DNA of 42,711 nucleotides from Conidiobolus incongruus B7586 (Eukaryota): NCBI GenBank assembly GCA_000697335.1, contig JNEM01009158.1, positions 1 to 42,711 of the forward strand, read 5' to 3'. Shown piece by piece: positions 25,507 to 38,436 of this stretch (position 1 is its first letter; each line of letters starts with the position of its first letter). The notes under the pieces were generated by a model. It saw only the letters and a program-made list of their open reading frames with translations, ran no database searches and was not told where the DNA came from. The position numbers and the translations under genes were made by a program.

Positions 25507-26229
25507 TTAATTATCTTGTTGAATAATAAAGATTACTTGACTTCTCAATCGATATAATAGAAAAAATTCCATATTTAAGCCAATTAATATAATTGAAGCA
25601 CAGGAAAATATAGCAACTACAAAATCTCCAGTCACAATTGATATAATGACAAAAGGCAAATCCATTATAAATACTACAATAATACCTGTCAAATATTGTT
25701 TCAACAAAGGCTGAATGATATTGTCCAGTTTGAGCTGATTATATCTGTTATAGCAAACAAGATTCGCCAGCAAAGCCATCAAAGTAGCTGAAACCAAATA
25801 AGCAGCAATTAAACTTCGATCATTGAAATTATCATACAATTCATAATACCTTGTAATTCTCAAAACATGCAGGAATTCGCCAGAGACTACTAATGGCAAC
25901 GGCGCCAAAATGATTAGTACAATATCCTTACGACGCAATAAAAAGTAGCAATTCTTGAGCAAGATGACCATATAGCCACCTCCGAATAACGAGAAAAAGA
26001 AAGTGAAAGCTAGACAAACTATTTTGTAATTGTCACTGACGAATCGAGCTATAAAATCGGCCATAAACGTGCTCAAAAGTCCGAAATTGGTGACCAGGTA
26101 TAGAATACTCATGATGGAATTGTAATTTCCAGTGATTTTGATGGAGTAGAACAAAACGCCAATTAAGAACATCCCAGTTGTCATCCCTCCAATTAAATTT
26201 TGAATGATTATTGTAGTTTTGGCATCCAT
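25507..26229 (-). CDS. Orphan polytopic membrane protein (about 7 TM, GPCR-like topology), 240 aa
   Basis: Intact intronless ORF with about seven hydrophobic segments and very short termini. Confidence 0.7.
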   Translation of the reverse strand: MDAKTTIIIQNLIGGMTTGMFLIGVLFYSIKITGNYNSIMSILYLVTNFGLLSTFMADFIARFVSDNYKIVCLAFTFFFSLFGGGYMVILLKNCYFLLRRKDIVLIILAPLPLVVSGEFLHVLRITRYYELYDNFNDRSLIAAYLVSATLMALLANLVCYNRYNQLKLDNIIQPLLKQYLTGIIVVFIMDLPFVIISIVTGDFVVAIFSCASIILIGLNMEFFLLYRLRSQVIFIIQQDN

Positions 26230-26508
26230 TTTGATAACTCTATAATATCATCAAAAAGAAGACAAAATTAAGAATTTGAATTTAATATGGTTTTATTCAT
26301 AGTTTAAATACTATTCAGGAATCTTCCAATATTCTTAAACTGATTTAGATTGACTTGACACCTTAAAATTTTTTAAATTCAAATAGGTAATTTTTAATAA
26401 TACATTGTTTAACAATCAAATGAAATTAAATTTTATCTTTGATCAATTTCATTATATACTGAGATTTTACAATATCAAATATTATATTTCAATTTAAAAT
26501 TTGTAAGC

Positions 26509-26516
26509 ATGGGATT
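26509..26516 (-). promoter_or_regulatory. AATCCCAT upstream motif (membrane-protein gene)
   Basis: Sense orientation, about 280 nt upstream of the ATG. Confidence 0.4.
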
Positions 26517-27037
26517 TGAGAGAATGATTACTACTCTCCATTATAAATACGTGGCCAATATTGTATATTGTAAATTATTAAACAGTTAGAGTGATTTTTT
26601 TTCAACATCAAATATTAAGTAGATAAAGATTAAATCAATAGAATAGGATTTATCTAATTTGAAGTACAAATAGTAAAAAATAAGTAAATAATCCAAATAT
26701 CATCTTTCTTCCATTGAAACTATATTTCAGTATTTAATCTTTCTTTATATATCTTTTAATCAATGTTTGAAAAATAATCTAATTATATGATTTCACATTA
26801 ATTATCGTATAATTGAAAATGTATTTGAAAAACAATTTTTAGGTAATAAGTAAATATTAATCTAAAATCAATTGATTCAAAATATTTAATAATCTGATTT
26901 AGTATGAATATTTTTTAGGTATTAGCATTGATACTTAAAGTTGGTTATAAAACTAAAAAATTTTTGGCCTTATTAACTAAAAAATCTAAAAATTCAAATG
27001 GTATTAAAATTGCAGATGTTTGTTTCATCCAAAAACC

Positions 27038-27045
27038 AATCCCAT
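27038..27045 (+). promoter_or_regulatory. AATCCCAT upstream motif (DPM1)
   Basis: Sense orientation, about 87 nt upstream of the ATG. Confidence 0.6.
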
Positions 27046-27126
27046 AATCTGATAACCGACCAATTTATTTGAAAATACCAATTCATGAGTAACAAACTAT
27101 TCATTTGCATTGATAAATTTGAATAG

Positions 27127-28119
<993 letters not shown>

Positions 28120-29071
28120 TTTTTAAAATATCTCTGAGCAATTTATAGCTAATTTCAATTTATAATATTTACCACTTAATATAATTATTTATAATTTAAT
28201 ATTATTTTAAAGTATAACTCATCATTTCCACATTTTCGTTATATTATTTTTTATTCAATATTTGTTTTCATTTGATTTTTGGTCATTTAAATATTATAAT
28301 CTTTTTTAAGTACATTTTTATTTTAAGTCATTTATTCACCTCAACCAATATATCAATCAATAGTTATGAAGTGATTATTATTTTAAGTTAATCCATTCAC
28401 ATTTTCAATATCATTTAATTCATGTATTAAAAATTTTGCTAATATAATTTTGACGATTTATTTAATTTAAAAATAATCTATGGAATAAATTTTATATAAT
28501 GGATGTTGTGTGAATATAATCAAAGCGTTATTTTCTATTTTATAATTTTGAATATTTGAAATTTCAAATATATTTCAATTCTATTAACGTTATTTCATAA
28601 TTTCAATTTTATACAACCATATTTATAATTGAATGAATAATAATTTTATTTGATATTTGATCAATTACATTCAATTAAAAATTAAATAAAATTTAAATTA
28701 ATGGTATACATCAATTCATAAGACGACCAATTTAACAAGTTTATATTTAATTAAATATTTGGGTGTTTAATAGATATAAAAATTGATTCAAAATAATATT
28801 TATAATTTTAAAATATCAGAATATAAAAATATAATTAAATATAGTTGAATATAATTTAATAAATAGATATATTTATAATGAAAATTTTTCAATATTTAAT
28901 TAAACCTAAAAATAAAAATAAAAATTCAATATTCATATCAATATATATATATATTTATAAATTGACGAACAATATGAATATTGTGATAATAAATTGTATA
29001 TATGAATTAAATGAAATTGGTGTATAACACAAAATAATTGATCGTAGTATATGAGTTAGAGTTGAAAAGTA

Positions 29072-29144
29072 GCCCGGTTAGCTCAGTCGGTAGAGCATCA
29101 GACTTTTAATCTGAGGGTCGTGGGTTCGAGCCCCACATTGGGCG
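29072..29144 (+). tRNA. tRNA-Lys (UUU), identical to 21485..21557
   Basis: Same 73-nt sequence, followed by a TTTTT Pol III terminator. Confidence 0.97.
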
Positions 29145-29354
29145 TCTTTTTAGATGTATAACACTTATCTTTCATTTTCTTATTTTTCATTATTTAATCA
29201 AATATACAATTGTTTAATATAATATTTTAATTAATTGAATTTTATTATATTAATTTCCATATGTTTAATATATTTAATAATCTGATTTAATATATTTGAA
29301 ACCTTTTCATTGTTAATTCAATTCTTGATAAATTGCTAGGATGGAATGAAAATG

Positions 29355-29362
29355 TATAAATA
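29355..29362 (+). promoter_or_regulatory. TATA box of peptide precursor gene A
   Basis: TATAAATA about 50 nt upstream of the ATG, conserved in copy B (42452..42459, minus strand). Confidence 0.55.
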
Positions 29363-29410
29363 GAGGTTCATTTATTATGAATCTCAGTATATTGAATCAG
29401 ATTCTCAATA

Positions 29411-29779
29411 ATGACTGCTTTCAACCAACTTGCCTTGTTAGTTGCTATTACTTCTTTAGTTGGAGCTGCTCCATCTCCAAGACCTCAACCTCAACCATCC
29501 CCTCGTGGTGGTGGTAAATTAGCCAAGAGATGTTTTGGTGGTTGGGATGGATGCGGTGGATGGGGAGGCTGGGGAGGATGTGGTGGATGGGGCGGTTGGG
29601 GAGGATGTGGATGGTGTCCAATTTTCTTTGCCGACCAGAATTGTGTTGCTTCTGACTGCTTCCATGCTAGTAATTTCGATCACAACGTTGCAGCTGCAGC
29701 ATTTTGTGAAAACACTTGCTGCAATGATGTCGATGCTAATAGCTTTGTATGTAACGATTTTAATACATTTCTTGGATAG
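29411..29779 (+). CDS. Secreted Gly/Trp/Cys-rich pre-pro-peptide, copy A (122 aa)
   Basis: Signal peptide, AP-SP-RP-QP-QP-SP, KR, (CGGWGGWGG)x2, then a Cys/Asn/Asp/Phe-rich tail. The paralogue differs mainly at synonymous sites, which confirms the frame. Confidence 0.92.
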   Translation: MTAFNQLALLVAITSLVGAAPSPRPQPQPSPRGGGKLAKRCFGGWDGCGGWGGWGGCGGWGGWGGCGWCPIFFADQNCVASDCFHASNFDHNVAAAAFCENTCCNDVDANSFVCNDFNTFLG

Positions 29780-32472
29780 ATCAATTTTAGAATAAATGAT
29801 TTTCATCATTATTAGTAATATAGATTTTAGATACTTTTACAAACTCATATGAAATTTATGATTAATCAAATTTGACGTTAGTGATACTAATTTTTCCAAA
29901 ACTTCAATAATGAAATCCAAGAAATATATAACAATACTCAAATTAAATTAAGTTTTATATTTTAAAAATTATAATTAATGACATAACCAAAATAGTTATA
30001 TATATATATATAATTATTTCAAAATCATGTCAATTTCAAATTATTTATTAAAATGAATTTAAAAATGACAATAATATTCTAAATTAACTAAATAATTAAC
30101 CACATAAATGACTCTTCGGTTTAACAAGTTTTAACGAGTATTTATAAAAATTATTTATTGCTGATAGTATTAACTTTAATATGATATTTATAATAAATTC
30201 AATAACTTACAGATAATAAAACGATAATGACATTCACGATTAAAAAAATTATGCAATTTTTTTAATTAGGCAAATGTTTTCTAACAATTATTTTCGAAAT
30301 AGAGTGATATATGATATAAAATAATGGATATTTGATTTATTATTTTAATCTAAAAATATTTTGATTTAACATCATTTCGTAATTATATTCTATTATGTTA
30401 TTCCTTAAATTTTATTCAATTGTAAATTATTTTAAAAATAATACACGTTCACAATTCTTTATAATAATATATATTTTATTTTTTATATTTTCAATACGAA
30501 TTATAAATTTTTTGATAGCTGGTTATTCTTGATATATAATGAATTTGAATCAAGACAGATTTGAAATAATACTTTATCATTGATTCAATTATATTAAATG
30601 ATACAGTCACAAAAAAGACACTCAGTAACAATATTTTTAACTCTGTTATATTGATTAAGATACAATTTTGTTATATATAAGATTCAAGTAAAGGTATCTC
30701 AATAAATATTATCAATTTCACTACACTTAATTACTCTAATGTGAATTATAATAACTTTTATATTGTAAAAATACATAGAAATATCGAAAGAAAATTCGTT
30801 CATGAGAGTTTATTCAAAGTGATTTTAATTATTTTAAAATAAATCAACACTAATACTTTGAAGTAAAAACACTAATTAAATCAATAGATTGATAATTTTA
30901 ATTTAAACTAATAAACTAAATTTATTAAGATAACGACATAGTGACGAAATATAATTTTTTTTGATATTTTTAGTTTAACATTTGATAGAAACACCTTGTG
31001 ATAAGTTTAAAAAAGATCATTGATTCGAAATTTTTAAATTATATATTTCGATTTGAATATAACACATTTTTACTGATTTTTGTCTTAATTTCCATCATGA
31101 GATTAATACCATATTTAATTCTCTAATTTCACTTTTCAGATACATCCATTTATATTTGATTTATATATTGCAAAAAAACAAGTATCAGTTACATTAATTC
31201 GTGGATATACCCAGCCACTTCCATAATAGTAAAAATATTTTTGATTTGTATTTAATTTTGAACAAATTGAAAAATTTCATTGTTTTATTATTCCGAGTGA
31301 TATAATTAACAATTAATAAAATTAATAAAAATTAATAAAAAGCCATAAATTATTATTTATTAACTATTAAATAAGAGTATTTTCTCCAAAATTCATCAAA
31401 TTTAATAATCTTCATAATTCAGAATAAATTTTTTTATGATATCAAGTAAATTTTTGTTTTATTAAAATTTATATCAAATTAATTTTTTAAATTGACCGAA
31501 ACTAATTTCACGTTTTAACCATGTGGCTATGCACTAAATTTTATCTAAAGATTTTCGATTTTTATAGTTTGGCCATTAAATATTTAAATGAAATAATTAT
31601 TAATAAGTATTTAATTTAAAATTTGTATTATATATTACAAATTATTACCAATTAAAAAATATATATAAAAACAAATTTTATTTTGATATTATTTGATAAA
31701 TTTTAATTTTACATTATTTAAAATTGAAAAAAATTTAAAAACTGGTTTTTTATTAAATTTTCAAATAAATGATAATAACTTTATCGAATGATATATCAAA
31801 TAGATTACACTTTCATTTAATAATATTTCGTCATTACCATATTATTAATAATATGCAACTATAAAACAACCAATTATTTTTATATTATTAATGATTTCAA
31901 TATTGTTCACATATTTATTTCGAAAACTTTTTTTTGTTTACATTTTTCTATTTTGGTAAATTTAATAACTCTGAATAATTTCAATTATACCCCTGTAAGT
32001 ATTCTGGATTTCTTAAAATGATTGGATAATTAGAAATATTTGGCCAATCAATATAAAGATATTATAATATATCATCAGCCATTACTATGAACCAATGAAT
32101 ATAAGAGAATCCGTAAAATACCCACATTTATTTGAAAAAGGAAATAAGTGAAAGGATACAAGGTGAATTAAGGTGGTTAAGGGGTGAGCATGAACTAAAT
32201 AGAGTTATGATGAGTTACCTAGATTGAGACTAGGTTTTCAATAGAAAAATCAGGTATATAAACTGGGAATCTCCTCATTACACCAAACCCTTCCAACATA
32301 TTTAATTACACCGGTTCTAGTTTTTATCAATTTGTGACAGTCACCAGAAATTTTTAAAGTTTTATAAATAGACTAACAACCTAGAGAGAAAAATTCAATA
32401 AATTTGATTTAAAGGATTTATTATAGCTAGTCAATTTTATTTATTTCTTTAATATATTGATTAGTTTTAAAT

Positions 32473-32913
32473 ATGGGTCATCATCTGCCAAATATTTTAA
32501 AAAAATTTTTCGTGGAAAGGAGACGTAAAACGATTTCCAGTGATAAACCTTCTCAAATGGATTACGAAACGCCCAATCCCAAGCACACGTATCGCCATAG
32601 CCACAAAGACACGTTGCTGGTCAAAAAGTGCCAGATGGACGACTATCACAACGAAATGGACGAGAAGTGTGACCATCTCACTAGTTTGCCCAAGCATAAC
32701 AAGAGGCGGTCGTGGTTCTTGGAGAGATTTGATTCTGTTGGTATCATGCATCGAAACTCGCTTGACTTGAGAAAAGCTCACCAAAATCGCCTCACTTTCG
32801 ATTTCGAGGACCTTATTCGCGAGGAAACGAATAAGGATATCACTATCAAGCTATCACTTACTCCAGAGTTTTTAAAAGATAGTCACTCACACAATTCAAA
32901 GAGTCTAGTTTAA
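32473..32913 (+). CDS. Hypothetical basic hydrophilic protein, 146 aa
   Basis: GC-elevated intact ORF in AT-rich DNA, with upstream TATATAAA (32255..32262) and CCAAT elements. The C-terminus reads DFEDLI...TIKLSLTP. Confidence 0.7.
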   Translation: MGHHLPNILKKFFVERRRKTISSDKPSQMDYETPNPKHTYRHSHKDTLLVKKCQMDDYHNEMDEKCDHLTSLPKHNKRRSWFLERFDSVGIMHRNSLDLRKAHQNRLTFDFEDLIREETNKDITIKLSLTPEFLKDSHSHNSKSLV

Positions 32914-33819
32914 CTTATAAGATTGAATTTTTATCAATCTCGAGTTTTCAAGCATCATAAATGATATCATCTATTGCTTACAATAATCATAAAAAACATG
33001 GTATTAGTAACACTACCAAATTCGAGAATATGTCGCAAGTTAGTGATGGACAATCAAGGAGCCCGATTAGAAAACTTGTTTACACTTGGCATCCAAGGCA
33101 TAATTAGACTTAATTTATTAGTAATCAACACTAACCCTCAATGAGCAGGAGAAAACTAGCAACTCCTCCTCATCTACTAAATAATAGCTATCAATATACT
33201 AAGACAACCCTGATCATATCAACATCCTTGAACTTGAATCTTTTTTTAGATCATTCATTTTTACAGACGCTAGATTCGTCACAGTAATAAAAACTTCGTA
33301 TAATATTTTAATATTATCATGAAATCTTTTATTATGTAAGTTTATAAAAAACTCGCATACTTATTGTTTTTGATAACCCTTTCTCCACAATTTTAAACAT
33401 AAATTTAATGCTCTCCTCAAATTTTAAGTGATTGACCTGAATTACCACTAAGAAAAGGTTCATTTCAATCCAAATGAAAATGATTTCGATAGCGAGATAA
33501 CTTTGGTAAATATTTTATAAAGTTTAACACACCTATTATTTTTAACATTTATATCTTAAAAAAACTTATTTAAATCAATAATATTACAATAGATATAATA
33601 TATTAAATACAATATTTTATTCTAAATTTATTATTATTATTATTTTTATTTTAATTATAATTTTAACAAAGAGATTGATTTTGAATAATAACAATAATAA
33701 CTTTGTTTAAAAATTTTAATAATAAAAATATTAACTTATATTAAACATAGAATTAACTCATAAAAAATGAATTAATAATAATAGTTACCATTTTCAATAT
33801 TATATTATATAATAGGTAT

Positions 33820-35250
33820 ATGCCAAATATTTTAAATGGGTAAATTGAATTAAATTAATAAATAATCCTTAATCCATTTCCCAATTTATGTGGAATATGT
33901 AGCTAATAATATTTTTTGGGTTACGGTTAATGAAGTAGTTATATTACTTAAGGCATATTTATATCATCAAGTTCGTTTTGGGATTAGTATTCAAAAATAT
34001 TTAAGAATATGGTCCAATTAATCAAGTTTATTATATGGGTTTAGTATATTTTCTAAGTTACTTAATTATGGTTGTTAGTTTAGTGATATGCTGGTAATGA
34101 TATATATTTGCCAAGTGGTTACAAACACTAACCTGAATAACCTTCAGAATACTTGGAAGTGGTTAAAATATATTTGTGCAAATAATATTAGATAATGCTA
34201 ACCCTAAATTAATATTCAATTAGCGATTTTTATACCATTATAATTGTTCATTGAATACAATTGTATTTAATTGGGAAAATTATTTAGGTTACCTTTATTA
34301 TTGATTCTGAGCTATATTTGTAAAAATTTAAATTTATGAAAAAATATCCCTATAATCATCCTTTAAACTTGAAAGTTAATAAACTCCTCATATATTAATA
34401 TCGTGGAAAAATTGTACGAGTTATTATAAAAAGTATAAAATATACTCTAGAACCTGAAAGTGACTCCTTTTTCAATATGTACTTAGGCTCCTTGAATAAT
34501 AAACTCATTTGAATGCGTAATTGTTACTTAAATTGTTCATTTTTAATAAAAATTTATTTTCAGCGAAAATTTGAAACCTTATTTAACTTTAATTTTTGAT
34601 ATTTTGAAACTTTCCCCACAATGGTTCAAGTAAAATATAATAATGTGTTTTAAATTATGTATCTTTAGCATTTTGAAGCATTTGACTTATTAAATCAATT
34701 AACTTTTGATTATTTATTTGATGTTTAAATGACTGATCATAAATAATAATCAATTTGTTTAAAGAATGTAAAAATCTTTGGTTTGCAGTTACTAAAGTAA
34801 GCTATCACTAGTTCAAAATAAAAATTAGTGATTTTCACTTAATAATCCTTGGAAAGATATTAGATACAAAATTGTATTAATAAACTTTAATATAATTTGG
34901 AATAATAGCGAAATATATAAATACGTATTTCGCTAATTTTCAATAATGGATTTTGAATAATAATCTTTTTTTTCTAAATTTAAAATTAAACAAGCTTGCA
35001 TCGCTAATACTCATTTTAGATATAGAAATATCCAAAATGAATATGATAACATTTGCTTTGCAATTTTAGTGTATTTGGCCGATTGGGATTGATGATCTTC
35101 AAAAGCTTGCAATCCGGAGTCAATACCTAGATTGATTGGGTTTAAGGGTCGCAATTTCGGCCGAAAAAGTATTTATCTCTCTCAAATGAAAACCAAACTC
35201 AAGAATTTTAGTTGGTACTACTTGATCCAAAAATGAATATTATAATCAAT
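33820..35250 (+). pseudogene. Possible highly decayed gene (F-box/LRR-like?)
   Basis: Composition is more coding-like than the flanks, with fragments such as NLNNLQN and IGIDDLQKLAIRSQYL. There is no continuous frame, and both strand and identity are uncertain. Confidence 0.2.
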
Positions 35251-35888
35251 TTCTAACCAATTTATCAGTAGTCAATATATTTAAAATTAATTATATCAAA
35301 ATTATTAAAGTTTGAATCACCTATATTCATTTGAAAGATTAATAACTATTTATTGTTTACTTGTTAGATCAACATCTATATATTTGGAATTAAACTTTGT
35401 TTCTATTATTCATAGTATTTTTGTTCAATTTTGTGAACTGCTCATTCCTATTCTGGTAATGATAGTATATCATTACCTTCAAAAATAAAACTATTGAAAT
35501 AATAATATAAATACTTCAAATTCAATAATATATATTTAGAAAATCTATAATCAAACCATATCAAATCAACTGGTTATTAGCTTTAAACTGCTTGATAAAC
35601 CAGTCCTGCAAAAAAACCCTAGGTTAAATAATATAACCAAATTAAGTAAAAATTTATAAATATTTAATATATAATAATTTAATATATAAAGTAAATTAAA
35701 TTATCAAAATTGGGTTAATATATATTAATTAAAATCAAAAAACCATCAAAATATATTGATATTTTAATTTTTTTATGATCTAATAAATTCTGAAAAAAAA
35801 TATAAAATAATTAAAATTATATTGAATAATGAGAATTTATCAAATTATTTTCATTTATAAAATCAAGAGTAAATATAATTAATCTTGA

Positions 35889-35913
35889 ATATATATATAT
35901 ATATATATATATA
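35889..35913. repeat. (AT)12 microsatellite
   Basis: Perfect dinucleotide run. Confidence 0.9.
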
Positions 35914-36782
35914 ATATCAAAAGAAAATAATGTTACTTTTCATATCGCAATTTTATATATAATAATACTTGACATTATTCGAATCACTTGATATACCAAT
36001 TGTAACAATATTCAAAATTTTAACTATGTTGTATAAAATTTAGCTATATGCCTTTCTCTATTTAAGGCAAAATAAATTAAAATAATTTTATATAGTAATT
36101 TATTGAATTTTCTATTCATAATAATATTAAAAACCAATATAAGAAAATCTTGTTTATATTACTAAATTAATAATTCATTGATAGTCACTGTATTTGATAC
36201 TTTTGAAAATCAATAAAACATAAAAATCTTTAATTTTCAATAATTGGTTAAATTATTAAAACAATATCAACTTTGTAAAAAAGCAAATAAAACATCTTAT
36301 TTTAATTTAATTAAGTGACTGTAATTTTTAAATTAATAATTATTTTCTGAATTAAGGAGAATATTATATTCTAGTTAATTTAATTTATAATTTATAATTT
36401 ATATTCAAATTATAACCAAGAAAAATTAAATTTTTAATATTTTATTATTTTATCATTCAAATATTTTAAAATTTTAAAAAAAATTTAATAAAAAATAATT
36501 TCATTTATAATATATTGTTATATCAATCACTAATATTATTATATTAATAACTTCAATATTAAATTATTTAATTTTACAAAATTATATTATCAGAAATTGA
36601 TAATTTTTAATCAATTTATTTAAATTAAAAATTTCTCATATGACATGAAAATGATATCACTAAGGAGTAACTTTAATTAAATAAATTGATTATTGTGACT
36701 ATTGTAGAAATATTAGAAAAATTCAAATTCTAGTAAAATAAAATAAAAATAATTAAGTTTAAGGCTATATCTCAAATTGAAA

Positions 36783-38247
36783 ATGACAGAATCAATATCA
36801 TTAATCCAAAAAATTCTATAAAATGATAAATTTACAGTCAACAGTGTAATTGACAAGTTGATTGAACAGTCTCACCTCACAGATCCTTTTACAATTACTG
36901 TACTATCAATTGAATTTATAGCTAGCATTAATGCTAAGTTTTTATACAGAGCTGGCGACAAAGGTAATCTTATTGAATTTCCATAATCACTGATATTAAC
37001 TCTTGATAGAATTGTTGTCTACAAATCTTGCAATCACTAATATGATCATATTTTATTTAATTACAATCGGGGGATTTTTGAATACTTTAGTTGCTTTAAA
37101 AGCTCAAGCATATTCGAATTCAGGGACGATATATCAATTAAATCACTACTTTCAGAGAGTTTTCTACATTTTGATGTTCTTATTAATAGCTACTACGATC
37201 TTTCTAGTGAATTTAGAACAAATATTCTCACTAGTATATCAAGATAGAGAAACTAACCAATTATATAGACTCATGTCCAAATAATTAATATTAAAATTAT
37301 TCCTTTAATTTTTGTAAATTGTTGAAATTTTATATAGAATATCAAAGATTTGTAGATACTTAGGTCATTTTCTCAATTATTTTAATCGCTTGTCTAACTT
37401 TGGATCTTAATATCTTTCATTATCATATCATTTTGGATTATCAATTTTTAGGTGTCTCAATTGCTTATTTCATCACAACAGTGCTAGGAATGGTCACTCT
37501 AATTGGGTAGGGGATTTGCGATGAAGGGTTCCGCAATTTTGAAGGGTTCTTCAAAGAAGGCATTAAAGGCTGATAGATAATTATAAAATTGAGAGTTTAG
37601 ATCTGCATCATGCAGGGGAGAGGGGGAAAGAATTTGGGCATTATAAGTTATTACAATTGTGAGTGAATTGTTTTGGTTCGAATTGGTTAGCGGCTCAATA
37701 TTTTGTAATGAGTATTTTGAGTTTGTTCAATTTTATTTATACCAGTAATTATTTTATTAGCGAGTAATTGATTCAATATTAATACTAGATGTTGTTTGGG
37801 TTTTGGAGATATTACAATAACTAGATTAGGCCATAAATAGGAATGAAACAGAGTAATTGGGCCAAGCTATCTTCAATAATTGTAGCTTATAACTCAGATA
37901 TTTTCCTCTAATTTGGTGAATTTTTCATACCCAACCCCAAACAAATTCCTCTATCTATTTCGATATTATTCAGAGCAGCAATTAGTAAACTGTTACAAAG
38001 TTCGTCGATTGTTTCTAATGGAGTTTTGGCAAGAATGGGACGTCAGAAAGTGAGTAGTGTCATTCAATTATTAGGATTTAATATTGTTGTAATTCCTGTT
38101 GGACTGATTCTAGCATAGTCGTTTCAATCAAAGACTTTGAACCTATTAATTGGACTCATTTTAGGGTATAGTGTTGTAGGAATATCTCAAGTCGCCTACA
38201 TTACATTAAAGTACTTCAACATAGAAATCTCAAATTCTTTAAATTAA
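36783..38247 (+). pseudogene. MATE-family efflux transporter pseudogene
   Basis: RAGDK|ELLSTNLA...GFLNTLVALKAQAY...YFQRVFYIL...NLEQI...QD and LQSSSIVSNGVLARMGRQKV...LLGFNIVVIPVGLILA* match the MATE repeats. There is a stop at codon 13, further stops and frameshifts, and one intron near 36964..37008. Confidence 0.8.
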
Positions 38248-38272
38248 TCTTAAAATGAAAGAGAACTGGAAT

Positions 38273-38280
38273 AATCCCAT
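38273..38280 (+). promoter_or_regulatory. AATCCCAT upstream motif (VPS60)
   Basis: Sense orientation, about 156 nt upstream of the ATG. Confidence 0.6.
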
Positions 38281-38436
38281 TAATTTTATAAATTAATAAT
38301 TTAATTATTAATTTTTGGACAGTCCAATAAACAAATTCCATAATAATAATTATTTCTAATTAAACATTCAATCCATTTTAATTATTTTATATTTTTCAAT
38401 TATTAATATATACATTATAATTTAAAATAAACTATA

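Larger units (their letters stand above)
29072..29742. repeat. Inverted duplication, copy A (tRNA + spacer/promoter + most of the peptide CDS); partner 42045..42711+
   Basis: Near-identical to the reverse complement of the window end, with roughly a dozen substitutions or small indels plus one 27-bp repeat unit. The outer limit is unknown. Confidence 0.95.

Noticed and set aside
29530..29615. GW/WG repeats as Argonaute hooks or prion-like octarepeats
   Set aside because: The protein has a signal peptide and Kex2 site, so it is not cytosolic, and the repeats contain no His.
29519..29809. Alternative-frame and antisense ORFs over the peptide genes (29519-, 29535+, 41944-, 42104+)
   Set aside because: These are shadows of the G-rich repeat. 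Synonymous differences between the copies support only the signal-peptide frame.
31311..31340. Short ATTAATAAAA tandem and similar AT-rich repeats; CRISPR-like arrays
   Set aside because: Low-complexity sequence expected at this composition, with no repeat-spacer structure.
32497..32784. Overlapping ORFs at 32497- and 32540+
   Set aside because: Shadows of the longer 146-aa ORF, which has the promoter context.
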